Source: an uncultured Bacteroidales bacterium (GTDB lineage: Bacteria; Bacteroidota; Bacteroidia; Bacteroidales; WCHB1-69). From it: DNA of 64,000 nt. Every line of letters starts with the position of its first letter. The first letter of the stretch is position 1. The position numbers and the translations under genes are program-made. Shown piece by piece: positions 27,433 through 38,846 of this stretch. Below the pieces are notes generated by a model. The model was given only the letters and a program-made list of their open reading frames with translations, was not told the origin of the DNA and did not search any database. The stretch is from positions 4,762 through 68,761 of the forward strand of contig ONCM01000003.1 of assembly GCA_900316305.1 (NCBI GenBank), given 5' to 3'.

Positions 27433-27507
27433 GTGTGATATGCTCTTAGGGTACTGGGGAGCGCGGAAACCTGATGAGCCGACAGGGATACAACACGGCT
27501 GGATACA

Positions 27508-27921
27508 ATGAAAAGAATCTCATTGGTGTTAATTGCATTGTTTTGGACAGCAACAAGTCTCGCCCAGTCCACAAATGAAGAACCTTACAATCCAAATGCA
27601 CCTGAAAACACCATTAAAATTCCAGGCAGAGAAATTTATGTAAATGGCATGGATGAGCCATCTCGAATGTCTTGGGATGTGGCAAAAAGTGTATGCGCCT
27701 GCAAAGGAGATGGCTGGCGGCTTCCAACTATTGGTGAATTGCAAACTATCTATCAATACCGGGATATGTTTGGTAATTTCAGCCGTGAGTACTACTGGGC
27801 ACTGGAACTGAACAAAAAATCAGGCAGATATTACAATCTGAAATTCACGAATGGGAAGATCGCGGACGAAGAGTCAGATGAAAGAAACAAAGTCCGTTGT
27901 GTTTGGATTCCCACGAAGTAG
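27508..27921 (+). CDS. Secreted DUF1566 (Lcl-like) domain protein
   Basis: Signal peptide and W..A...C.....GWRLPT..EL...YYW...VRCV. Confidence 0.8.
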   Translation: MKRISLVLIALFWTATSLAQSTNEEPYNPNAPENTIKIPGREIYVNGMDEPSRMSWDVAKSVCACKGDGWRLPTIGELQTIYQYRDMFGNFSREYYWALELNKKSGRYYNLKFTNGKIADEESDERNKVRCVWIPTK

Positions 27922-27951
27922 ATTGACAATTCACCATTATTCCCAAAAACA

Positions 27952-29106
27952 ATGACGCACAAACGATATTTTCTCTGCATTTTCTTGATGTTGAATGCGG
28001 CTGCCATCTTTGCGCAAACGCCCATTCAAGTTGCTGATTTGTCTTTTAAGTTGAATGGCAACACAGCAGAAGAGTTCTATTACAGTTTCGCTGAAGGGGA
28101 CATAATGGTTGTGGATTTTGAACTCGCCAAGGGGAAGGGAGTGCAATTTGAAATTGTGGAACTACCTAACCAGATTAAAACAAGCCAGTTCACAGCGAAA
28201 ATGACCGATTATCGACTAAATGTTTTCTCTACAAAGGTCTATTTGTTCAGGATAACCAACGGATTGGGCAACAAAATGTGTTCTCTTCACATTAAACGTA
28301 TTCCCAAATCGCAAGAAACACTGAAATTCAATACGGGATGGGAATGGAAAACACTTTATGACACTACATATAATCACTATTCGGAAGATTCTCTTGTCGG
28401 ACATGATACGGTACATTACATGGAGACAATAAAAGAAGTGGACTCAAGAGAGGTGTCAGAAGAAATGTTGTTCGATCGTAAAGAGGAAATACCTTCTATT
28501 GCCAAAATGTTTTTGGACGAAAATCCTCGTAAATGCATTACATTCCATTTACCTCAAAACATAGAAAATACCTATTTGAGGAAGACTGTGATTGGTTGGG
28601 GCTTTTGGATATGTGTGGGAGATCATTCAAGCAGTTGGTGGAGCAAAAATAAAAATTTAATGATTAAAGGGGCTTCTACTATTGCGGGAACAACAATGAG
28701 CCCTTTGGGTGCTTTCGTCGCAGGAGAAATTACAAATTTACTAATTCCAGACAAAGGCGCAGTGGATAATGTTATATGGGCTGTTATTTCTAATTGGAAC
28801 GACAGAAATGCATTTGTAAATGGAGAACGTGCATATTGTATGCAAACTGGAAATGGTCCAGGTGCATGGGGAAAATTTTTAGATGCAAAGGATACCCAAG
28901 GTACATATCACATCTGTTTACGAAATGACAATACTATAGGAAAAATAAGGGTGAACGTGAAAGTATCTGTTCTTGTGGAAACCATTACCTATAAAGATGT
29001 AGATTATCCTCGGACACGGATAGTTCCTCAATATGTAAAAGTACCAAAAGTCCGCAGGAATATTACCTCCCGTCAGATCAGAGTTCCAGTGAATGAAGGT
29101 AGATAA
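27952..29106 (+). CDS. Secreted hypothetical protein
   Basis: 384 aa with a signal peptide (AAAIFAQ). Its end is 13 bp from the start of the C10 protease gene. Confidence 0.75.
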   Translation: MTHKRYFLCIFLMLNAAAIFAQTPIQVADLSFKLNGNTAEEFYYSFAEGDIMVVDFELAKGKGVQFEIVELPNQIKTSQFTAKMTDYRLNVFSTKVYLFRITNGLGNKMCSLHIKRIPKSQETLKFNTGWEWKTLYDTTYNHYSEDSLVGHDTVHYMETIKEVDSREVSEEMLFDRKEEIPSIAKMFLDENPRKCITFHLPQNIENTYLRKTVIGWGFWICVGDHSSSWWSKNKNLMIKGASTIAGTTMSPLGAFVAGEITNLLIPDKGAVDNVIWAVISNWNDRNAFVNGERAYCMQTGNGPGAWGKFLDAKDTQGTYHICLRNDNTIGKIRVNVKVSVLVETITYKDVDYPRTRIVPQYVKVPKVRRNITSRQIRVPVNEGR

Positions 29107-29119
29107 TAATACAATCATC

Positions 29120-32100
29120 ATGAAAAAGATCACGTTATTGTTAGCATTGATTATGTGCGTCAATATGGTCTTCTCTAATCCTGTTGACACAATTACGGCA
29201 AAACGAGTAGCCATCAATTTCTGGAAACAGAACAATGCAGGGCCAACTGTAAATGGTAAAACTTTGCGTTTCCAACGAGAGGTCCCGGATTTTCGTCTTC
29301 TGCCTGATACCCTTTTCTCGGGTTTTTACATCTTTAATGCTGTAAATGGAAAAGGATTTGTCATTGTTTCGGCTAATGATAATGCAATCCCCATATTAGG
29401 ATATTCAATGGAAAACTCTTTCCAAATTGAAAATATGCCTCCTAATCTTAAATTTTGGTTGGAAGGCTACGAACAAGAAATCCAAAATGCAGATTATGTC
29501 AGATGCTCTAATGAAATACGTAGTGATTGGGGAATGTTGTTAGCTGGCGAGCCTTTGCCTGTAAAAAGTACTACCAATGTTACTCCTCTATTAACTACAC
29601 ATTGGGACCAGGGTTGGCCGTATAATTTATCTTGTCCATACGATTATGATGCTGAAGATAATACCATGACAGGATGTGTGGCAACAGCCATGGCACAGGT
29701 GCTGAAATATTGGGAATATCCTCAAATTGGAACAGGTTCTCATACTTACATAGACCCCAATTACGGCATGCAGAGCGTGGATTTTGAGACAGGAATTGCT
29801 TGGAATGAGATGTTGAATGACTATTCTACATCTACTTCATATACTCTCATGCAAGCAAGTGCTATTTCATCATTGATGTATATGTGCGGAGTAAGTGTGG
29901 ATATGAATTATGGTATTTATGCTAGTGGAATATCAAATTTTATTAACGAATACGGATTACTACCGTTACCTTGTCCTGAAACGGCGTTAAAAACATATTT
30001 TAACTATAGTGACAATCTTGAGGGAATATCTAAATCTGATTTCACATCTGCTCAATGGATAAGTATATTAAAAAATGAGTTGGATTCAGACAGAGTGATT
30101 CTCTATACAGGACATGACGCGAACAACACAAGTGCACATGCTTTTGTTTGTGATGGCTATTCTAATAATAATAATTTTCATTTTAATTGGGGATGGAGTG
30201 GTTATTGTGACGGATATTACTCTATTAACAATCTTGCTCCTGGATCTGGAGGATCAGGTAGTGGTAACGGTAATTATACTTATGGTCAACAAGCTATCAT
30301 TCACATTACACCATCCAATCAGGTAGTTCATCCTAATTACGATCTTGTGATGAATAGCACGTTGACCACATCTGACACTAGTTATTTGTTTGGCCCCAAT
30401 CATCCAATTTCGATTAATTGTGCAGTAGCAAACACAGGCAATGCGACTTTTAATGGGTATCTTGTTGCATTAGTGTCGGATTTAAACGGAAATATTGTAG
30501 CTGAAATCACATCTTCCTATACCACAATCTCTCCAAATCATTATGTGAATAAAAGCTTTACGGTTCAAGGAGGGTTGCCTTTAGGGCCTGGAAGATATTT
30601 TGCTATTATCACTTCTGCAACAAATCTTAATGATCCTGCTACATCGCGAATCATCAGAGATAATTTGTCCAATATCAATTTTGCTCAGTTCAAGGTGACC
30701 TATGAAGCGGACATTGAAACCTTTTCTGAGTTTGAGCTGTCGGAATACATGATATATACAGGACAATCGCTTTCAGTAAACGTGGATATTGCAAATTTCG
30801 GTTCCGATTTTTCTGGTGATTTTTCTGTTGCGTTACTCTCTATGACTGGTTCGTATGTTCAAACTATTCAACAACATACTCTTACAATTCCTCTTGAGAG
30901 TATGACACATTATACTAACGGAATCGACTTTACGGGTACTATTACTGCTTCTGCCGGTGATTACTTTCTGACATTACGGTATAGACCGCAGGGTTCTTCC
31001 AATTGGTATTATGCGGGCAGTTATTTTTATCAGAATCCAGTCAGAATTACTGTTTACGCTCAGCCCGTGGCGGATATGTATGAAGCGAATAATACGGCTG
31101 CAACCGCATATACTTTATCTCCTGTTTTTACAGATAACATGGCCAACGTAAATACCAATGGAGCAAACATCCATTCTATCACCGATGTTGATTATTATAA
31201 AATTATCCTTCCTTCTGGATATTCTTATGATATAGTTCCAATCCTGCAAGACGTGTATTATAATGATGACATATCCTATTCAGTCGATGCAAAGTTTTAT
31301 TTTTCTGTCAACAATACGACATCTTGGCAAGGACCGTTTGATTACGATGCTAATATTCTAACATATATAGCTAATTATTGTGGGACTACGATGAGTGACG
31401 GAGGAACTATATATTTTAAAGTGTTACCCACATCCCAAGGAGACATAGGTACTTATTCACTGCATGTTGTATTGAATCGTTCAATTAGCCCTGACCAGTA
31501 CGAGCCAAACAGTACAGCATCAACAGCTTACAATCTTGGCACTGTCAACTCCAGTAGTGTAAATTACAATGTGAACGCCAACTTCCATATCACCACTGAT
31601 GCAGATTACTACAAGATTAACCTTCCGTCAGGTTATTCCTATACCATAAACGCAAATATACTTAACAGTTACAATAACACCTCCTATACAGCAGATGCAA
31701 AATTCGCGACATCCCAAGATGGTAGCACTTGGTCTTCCAACTATGGGAATGCCATGTCAGCAATGACAATGAGTGATGGTGGAACACTTTATTTTCGGGT
31801 TTTACCTTATACTGACCATGAAATAGGAACATATCAATTGCAAATTTCCATCACTCGGACAGGCGGTGTTGAACCTGACCAATACGAGCCGAACAATACA
31901 GTCAACACTTCCTATTTACTGGCTACAATAGACGAACCGACATCTTCCATTGTTGCCAATGCGTCGTTCCATACCACATCGGATGAAGATTACTACAAAA
32001 TTGATTTCCCGGCAGATTATAATTACACTATTGAAGTTGTGATGTTCGACTGCACAAATGACCCTAACTGTTCTGTGGATGCGAAAATCGCAGTCTCTGA

Positions 32101-32494
32101 CGACGGAAACAACTGGTCTTCGTTCTATGGGACTTCCATACCACCAATGACCATTGAAGATGGAGGAAGACTTTATTACCATGTCGCTCCTCAACAAACA
32201 GCTGCGACAGGGACCTACCAATTACATTTCTCAATTTCACGAACAACGGGAATCCAAGACAATGAGTTTGCCTCCATCATGATCTACCCAAATCCTGTAA
32301 CCGACCGTTTGGTCATCAGTGGCACAAACGAGATCCAGTTGGACGGTATAGAAATATATGACATCACAGGTCGCCTCATACAAACGGTTCAAAAAGATTA
32401 TCGGGTGATAAATACCTCTCAATTATCGAAAGGCACCTATATGCTGAGACTGTTTACTTCTGAAGGAGAAGTCGTTAGAAAGTTCTTGAAATAG
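29120..32494 (+). CDS. C10 (streptopain-like) cysteine protease with prodomain, Ig-like domains, three D.YE.N repeats and a T9SS CTD
   Basis: Prodomain GFVIVS.....PILGYS, catalytic GCVATAMAQ, HAFVCDGY and FHFNWGW, and C-terminal YPNP..YDITG..KFLK. Confidence 0.92.
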   Translation: MKKITLLLALIMCVNMVFSNPVDTITAKRVAINFWKQNNAGPTVNGKTLRFQREVPDFRLLPDTLFSGFYIFNAVNGKGFVIVSANDNAIPILGYSMENSFQIENMPPNLKFWLEGYEQEIQNADYVRCSNEIRSDWGMLLAGEPLPVKSTTNVTPLLTTHWDQGWPYNLSCPYDYDAEDNTMTGCVATAMAQVLKYWEYPQIGTGSHTYIDPNYGMQSVDFETGIAWNEMLNDYSTSTSYTLMQASAISSLMYMCGVSVDMNYGIYASGISNFINEYGLLPLPCPETALKTYFNYSDNLEGISKSDFTSAQWISILKNELDSDRVILYTGHDANNTSAHAFVCDGYSNNNNFHFNWGWSGYCDGYYSINNLAPGSGGSGSGNGNYTYGQQAIIHITPSNQVVHPNYDLVMNSTLTTSDTSYLFGPNHPISINCAVANTGNATFNGYLVALVSDLNGNIVAEITSSYTTISPNHYVNKSFTVQGGLPLGPGRYFAIITSATNLNDPATSRIIRDNLSNINFAQFKVTYEADIETFSEFELSEYMIYTGQSLSVNVDIANFGSDFSGDFSVALLSMTGSYVQTIQQHTLTIPLESMTHYTNGIDFTGTITASAGDYFLTLRYRPQGSSNWYYAGSYFYQNPVRITVYAQPVADMYEANNTAATAYTLSPVFTDNMANVNTNGANIHSITDVDYYKIILPSGYSYDIVPILQDVYYNDDISYSVDAKFYFSVNNTTSWQGPFDYDANILTYIANYCGTTMSDGGTIYFKVLPTSQGDIGTYSLHVVLNRSISPDQYEPNSTASTAYNLGTVNSSSVNYNVNANFHITTDADYYKINLPSGYSYTINANILNSYNNTSYTADAKFATSQDGSTWSSNYGNAMSAMTMSDGGTLYFRVLPYTDHEIGTYQLQISITRTGGVEPDQYEPNNTVNTSYLLATIDEPTSSIVANASFHTTSDEDYYKIDFPADYNYTIEVVMFDCTNDPNCSVDAKIAVSDDGNNWSSFYGTSIPPMTIEDGGRLYYHVAPQQTAATGTYQLHFSISRTTGIQDNEFASIMIYPNPVTDRLVISGTNEIQLDGIEIYDITGRLIQTVQKDYRVINTSQLSKGTYMLRLFTSEGEVVRKFLK

Positions 32495-32710
32495 AGGGAT
32501 AACTCTAACGACAGCGCAAAAAAATCTGTGCAATCCCTGATATTTCTGCGACCACCCACCATTCGCCGCAGGCGAACCTTTCTGTACTTTCTGTGTGACA
32601 ACAAATATATTCGCCGAAGGCGACCCTCGACGAAAACCGCAAATCATTTGCAGTATACCGTCTACCGTTGACCGATTTGCTTTTTCGTCCCCTCATTCCC
32701 CTTGCGAGCC

Positions 32711-33027
32711 CGAGATTCCGTTTGGCCCGTACTTGCAAAGCCTTTTCGTTAATGCGCCTGCCTCGATAATGTGAGGCTTTTTCGTTCCCGCAGGGTGGCC
32801 AAACGGAATGGAGGTGGGCTTTCCGTTAACGTCTAAGCTGCCGTTATCCGGTCAATCGTTGCCGCCTCCCGTCGCGATAAACCCACATATCGATACCCTC
32901 TACTCTGCCGATCAACCCACCTCCATTCCGTTTGGCCTGAAAAGCGAGACAGGAACTCGCAAGAGCTGTCGTTGCCGAAAAAGTCAGATGGTTGCTCGCG
33001 AGAGCAAACGTGCCAAACGGAACCTCG
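32711..33027. repeat. Four TTCCGTTTGGC repeats in alternating orientation
   Basis: Copies at 32711, 32797, 32916 and 33012. The inner pair is a perfect 22-bp inverted repeat. Confidence 0.85.
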
Positions 33028-33053
33028 TACACGCAAGGGCAATTCTAATCAAA

Positions 33054-33428
33054 TTATCTGCGTCCGCCAGGACCGCCGCCGCCAGGACCACCAGCGGGTC
33101 TGCCACCGCCAGGAGCGCCACCAGGATTGCCGGCAGGTCTGCTGGGAGTGGTGGTAGGCCTGGGGTTATTGTTAGGAGTGGTGGCAGGTTTGGGATTATT
33201 GTTGGGAGCCGCAGGTTGAGCATTATTGTTAGGAGCCGCAGGTCTGGCGTTATTGCTAGGTGTCGCAGGGCTATTATTGGGCGTAGCAGACTTGGCAGCA
33301 TTGTTGGGCGCAGGAGCAGCAGAGGCAGTGCCGTGCGCCGCCGGAGCATGATGATGATCCGGGGATGCCGGCTTGTGCGCGATGCGGTCGGCGTAAAAAC
33401 GAGCACTCTTGAAGCAGTTGCCACCCAT
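33054..33428 (-). pseudogene. Remnant Pro/Asn/Gly-rich low-complexity protein tail
   Basis: PAAPNNN repeats ending GGPGGRR*. No folded domain, and it overlaps the extended 3' end of the upstream gene. Confidence 0.5.
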
Positions 33429-34215
33429 ATTTGTCCTTCAACCGCCCTAACGATCCATCTTCTTTCATTTGTCGGATCATGTTGTTGACAACCTTCAACA
33501 GGTCGTCCTGCCCCTTTCGCATCAGCACACCGATTTCGCTGTGGGTGAAGGGCACGGCCATCAACGGTGCGGCAAGGCGAGGATCGTTCTGGACATACCA
33601 CGGAGCCTCGGTAATTTCGGTGATCATTACATCAGCCTCCCCCTGCGCCACCAATCCGGGAATCTCCTCGTTGTTCGGATGAACGATAATCGTAGCGTGG
33701 ATGAGATGCTCGCGGGCAAACCTCTCGTTCAGCCCGCCGGGATTCACCATCACACGCACTTCGGGCTTGTCAATATCTTCCAACGACCGGAACCGCGTGG
33801 TGTCCTCCACACGACAAAGGATGGTCTTACCGTTGGCCAAGTAGCCGTCACTCATCGCCATGATTTTAAGCCGATCCTCAGTAATGGTGATGCCACTGAC
33901 AGCGAGGTCGAAAGTCTGCGGATCCGCCAACACATCGGCGGTCAGCGTGGGCCACGAGGTGGGAACAAATACGACGCTGACCCCTAACTGTCGGGCTATC
34001 GCCTCCGCCATGTCGATTTCGAACCCACAATAGGTGCTGTCGGCCTCAAAATAGGAGAGCGGACGGTAGTCGCCAGTGGTACCGACCAGCAGCACCCCGC
34101 GCTCCTGAATCCGCTGCACAGTGGGCAGCATCTCTTTGTGCGGCTTGCACGATGTAAAGAGCATCGCACAACAGACAAGGATGGCGACGAACAGTCGTGT
34201 GAGATTCTTTCTCAT
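33274..34215 (-). CDS. Family-3 substrate-binding / cyclohexadienyl dehydratase (PheC-like) lipoprotein with an aberrant C-terminal extension
   Basis: Lipobox FTSC and motifs VGTTGDYRP, TSWPTL, NPGGLNE.FA and DVMITE. Family similarity ends at L..KYG (about 33420). Confidence 0.85.
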   Translation of the reverse strand: MRKNLTRLFVAILVCCAMLFTSCKPHKEMLPTVQRIQERGVLLVGTTGDYRPLSYFEADSTYCGFEIDMAEAIARQLGVSVVFVPTSWPTLTADVLADPQTFDLAVSGITITEDRLKIMAMSDGYLANGKTILCRVEDTTRFRSLEDIDKPEVRVMVNPGGLNERFAREHLIHATIIVHPNNEEIPGLVAQGEADVMITEITEAPWYVQNDPRLAAPLMAVPFTHSEIGVLMRKGQDDLLKVVNNMIRQMKEDGSLGRLKDKYGWQLLQECSFLRRPHRAQAGIPGSSSCSGGARHCLCCSCAQQCCQVCYAQ

Positions 34216-34248
34216 TGTTTGATGATTATATGCTTTTCGCCGTTTCGA

Positions 34249-35868
<1,620 letters not shown>

Positions 35869-35931
35869 TTAAAATTTTCAAAAACGGCAAAAATACACTT
35901 TTTAACGTTATTGTTTGCTGACAAAAATGAA

Positions 35932-35960
35932 AAAAGGCCGTCAAAATAGGACGGCCTTTT
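35932..35960 (-). terminator. Intrinsic terminator after the MFS gene
   Basis: AAAAGGCCGTC...GACGGCCTTTT. Confidence 0.8.
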
Positions 35961-35964
35961 CGTT

Positions 35965-35994
35965 TGTAGAGACGTTGCGCGCAACGTCTCTACA
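35965..35994. repeat. GTAG-type REP palindrome
   Basis: Perfect palindrome TGTAGAGACGTTGCGCGCAACGTCTCTACA. Confidence 0.85.
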
Positions 35995-36008
35995 GTATGC
36001 GTATCAAA

Positions 36009-37661
36009 TTATTTAATGTTCGGTTCTTCCAGACCAAGGTGCTGTTTCTTATCGACAGCCTTGAGGATGATACCGAGAATCAAAGCGGCGACACCGAGGC
36101 ATGCCAGCATCACCAACGGCCAAGTGTAGTCGTAGGAAACGGCGGCCGTTTCGGCATCAATCAAACCTTCGTTCATCTGAGCGATGACATCCTGGTTGGT
36201 CTTGTCGAGCACCTTGCCGATGAGCAGCGGGAAGAGCCACAAACCGATGTTCTGGATCCAGAAAATGAGGGCGTAAGCGGAACCGATGATCTTCTCATCG
36301 ACCAATTTCGGGACACTCGGCCACAAAGCGGCGGGCACCAAGGAAAATGATGCACCCAACACCAAGATGGTGAGGTAAGCTACGATGACACCGCCGGCGG
36401 CGTTGCCCTTGAACTGCGGCAAAATGAAAGCGAATGTCAAGTGACAGATAATCAGCAACAAAGAGCCAATCATCAGCATGGAAGCGGCTTTACCCTTGTG
36501 GTCAACGTAGTTACCCAAAATTGGGGTGATGGCCACAGCCAACAACGGGAAGACGGCGAAGATGGTCTCAGCCGTACCACGCATATAACCCATCCAACAA
36601 TAAACCACCAAAGCCACGATAGCCAGTGCCATCAGACCGACTTTGGCTGATTTGTTCTTGGAGAAGTTGCTGGTGAAAGAGCAGACAGCCACCACCAACA
36701 TAATGAGGTATTGGATAATCGTCACGGAACTGCCGCCCCAGAAAGTGCTGGCGTCAGCTTCGGTGAGCGTAAGGTTACATTGCAACATGTTCACGGCATA
36801 TTTCTGGAACGGGAAAATAGCGCTGTAGTAAAGCACGCAAAGCAGAGCCACCAACCAGAAACCACCAGAAGAGAGAATCTTGCCAATGTCGGACACTTTG
36901 AAGGGATCATCCTTCTCTTCGGCTTCACCAGTCTGTTCGTCGAGCTTCTTATCCATGAAGAAATAAACGATAAACATCATCAAAGCAATACAAAGCAGCA
37001 CCACACCGAAAGCCACGGAACGGGAAACGTCGATATTACCACCCAACTTAGCGAAGAAGGGTGAGAAAATCATACAGGTGGCAACACCCAGACGGGCGAG
37101 AGCCATCTCGGAACCCATGGCCAAAGCCGTCTCACGACCTTTGAACCATTTCACAATACCACGGGAGACCGTGATGCCGGCCATTTCCACGCCGCAACCG
37201 AAAATCATGAAACCAACGGCTGCCACCTTAGCGGAAGCAGGCATTCCTTCATAGAAAGGAGCCACGCCGAGTTCTTGGAAACCAGGGATGTAGTTGAGGT
37301 GATTGTTGAACCACGCTTCCACACCACTACCCATGAAAGCTTCAGTAACAGCATAATACTTGATTAAACCACCGATGAGCATCACCGTGCCTGACAACAC
37401 AGCGGTGAATCTCACTCCCATCTTGTCGAGGATGATACCGGCAAAGATGAGGAAGAAGACAAACACGTTCAGAAATGTCTCCGCGCCCTGCATCGTACCG
37501 AAGGCCGTTGAGTCCCAACCTCTTGTCGATTGCATCAAGTCCTTGATGGGCGAAAGGATGTCCATGAAGATGTAGGAACAGAACATGGCCAGAGCCAACA
37601 GCAACAACGCCGTCCATCTCATGGCCGGGTTGTCTCTCAAAGTTTGAAATTTTTCTTCCAT
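36009..37661 (-). CDS. MFS transporter
   Basis: GIILDKMGVR and GNYVDHKGK MFS loop motifs, many TM helices. Start taken at MEEKFQ; the longer ORF reads through REP sequence. Confidence 0.92.
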   Translation of the reverse strand: MEEKFQTLRDNPAMRWTALLLLALAMFCSYIFMDILSPIKDLMQSTRGWDSTAFGTMQGAETFLNVFVFFLIFAGIILDKMGVRFTAVLSGTVMLIGGLIKYYAVTEAFMGSGVEAWFNNHLNYIPGFQELGVAPFYEGMPASAKVAAVGFMIFGCGVEMAGITVSRGIVKWFKGRETALAMGSEMALARLGVATCMIFSPFFAKLGGNIDVSRSVAFGVVLLCIALMMFIVYFFMDKKLDEQTGEAEEKDDPFKVSDIGKILSSGGFWLVALLCVLYYSAIFPFQKYAVNMLQCNLTLTEADASTFWGGSSVTIIQYLIMLVVAVCSFTSNFSKNKSAKVGLMALAIVALVVYCWMGYMRGTAETIFAVFPLLAVAITPILGNYVDHKGKAASMLMIGSLLLIICHLTFAFILPQFKGNAAGGVIVAYLTILVLGASFSLVPAALWPSVPKLVDEKIIGSAYALIFWIQNIGLWLFPLLIGKVLDKTNQDVIAQMNEGLIDAETAAVSYDYTWPLVMLACLGVAALILGIILKAVDKKQHLGLEEPNIK

Positions 37662-37700
37662 AATGATTTTATTTAGTTTGAAATAATTTTTTTCCGTTGT

Positions 37701-37787
37701 TGTAGAGACGCGCTGTAGCGCGTCTCTGTTGTGGAAACATGTTGCAGCACGTCTCCGCTGTAGAGACGCGCTGCAGCACGTCTCTAC
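37701..37787. repeat. Cluster of three GTAG-type REP units
   Basis: Two GTAGAGACGCGCTG..GC.CGTCTCT copies plus one degenerate middle copy. Confidence 0.85.
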
Positions 37788-37792
37788 GGGGT

Positions 37793-38020
37793 TCATTCGT
37801 TTTTCTCGTCTCTATTTTTACTCGATTTCACCAAATCAATCAATATATACCCCGTCAGTACCCCCCACAATGCCATCAGCACGGGACTCTTCTTCAAAAT
37901 ATTGTCAGAAAACTGGCCGGATTTGTACCAGTATAGCAGAGCAAGCACCATACCCAGCGCCATCGCAGCCAAGTGCATCCATGTGAGGTTTTTCTTCCAA
38001 AAATCGTTACTCTTGCTCAT
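37793..38020 (-). CDS. Small 2-TM membrane protein (DUF6132-like)
   Basis: 75 aa with G...G..Y.Y..G......SP....WG...G. Overlaps the upstream stop. Confidence 0.6.
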   Translation of the reverse strand: MSKSNDFWKKNLTWMHLAAMALGMVLALLYWYKSGQFSDNILKKSPVLMALWGVLTGYILIDLVKSSKNRDEKNE

Positions 38021-38792
38021 GGGAAATCTTATCGTATTGGTAATTAAAATAGTTAGTCCGTATCTTTTCCTTGATCTGCTCATCACTCCATCGCACAAGG
38101 TCGTAATAGCTGAACCGGCAGTACATCATAAAGTTAAGAAGCTCCTCACCCTCCAAACCCGTAAGTTCCGAAACGATTTCCCGGTTGTATTTCTGCTGGA
38201 TGCGCTCCACTTCGTCTTCATAGGAGACCATCTCATTGTACAATCGGTTCATCTTGCTCCTCCGACTGTACTTGTCGTACAGGAAGGAAATCGGCGACAT
38301 CGTCACGGTGCCGCCCAACGACAGAATATTGCCACCTTTTTCATCATAAGATGCGTTGGCCCGTTGCCATTCCGAAAGATGCACATCCTCCGCACGTTTG
38401 TAGTAATCAGGCAGTTTCAACGTCACAATGTCCTTTTTGAACCCTTCGTATGACGGATTGATACCGATAATGGTCACCTCCTTCAACATGGTAGCTTTAT
38501 AGTAGAGGAAAAAGTCCTCATAGCCACTGAACAACTTCTTGTCAATGGGAGCGACCAACTGCCGATAAGTGGATTTGGTGATAATCAGGGTGTCGTGTAG
38601 GGACAAATTGATCTCGAAACGACCATTTTTATCAGTGAAAGCGAATTTTTTGGTGTTCACATTATAGACACTGGCTCCTGACAGAGGCTGGTAGGTGATG
38701 CCGTCAAACACGCGCGCCGAATACCTCTTCTGCTGCGCCTGTGCCGCTATCAGACAGCCCAAAATTCCGATTATGAGCAAAAATTTTTTCAC
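38007..38792 (-). CDS. Carboxypeptidase-regulatory-like domain protein
   Basis: Signal peptide, D..T..PL.GASV...TD.NG.F, L.EV.I and SPISFLY..SR. Confidence 0.8.
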   Translation of the reverse strand: MKKFLLIIGILGCLIAAQAQQKRYSARVFDGITYQPLSGASVYNVNTKKFAFTDKNGRFEINLSLHDTLIITKSTYRQLVAPIDKKLFSGYEDFFLYYKATMLKEVTIIGINPSYEGFKKDIVTLKLPDYYKRAEDVHLSEWQRANASYDEKGGNILSLGGTVTMSPISFLYDKYSRRSKMNRLYNEMVSYEDEVERIQQKYNREIVSELTGLEGEELLNFMMYCRFSYYDLVRWSDEQIKEKIRTNYFNYQYDKISHEQE

Positions 38793-38846
38793 GGTGGCAA
38801 AAGTACAGTTTTTTTTGTACCGTTCACAACGGAATTTACAAACAGT

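Noticed and set aside
32711-33027. Possible CRISPR array
   Set aside because: Repeats alternate in orientation and the spacers are long and unequal.
37662-37796. N-terminal extension of the MFS ORF (similarly the extended starts at 18360, 20275, 20397 and 43126)
   Set aside because: The extensions translate REP, riboswitch or promoter sequence. Downstream ATGs after A/T-rich leaders fit the families better.
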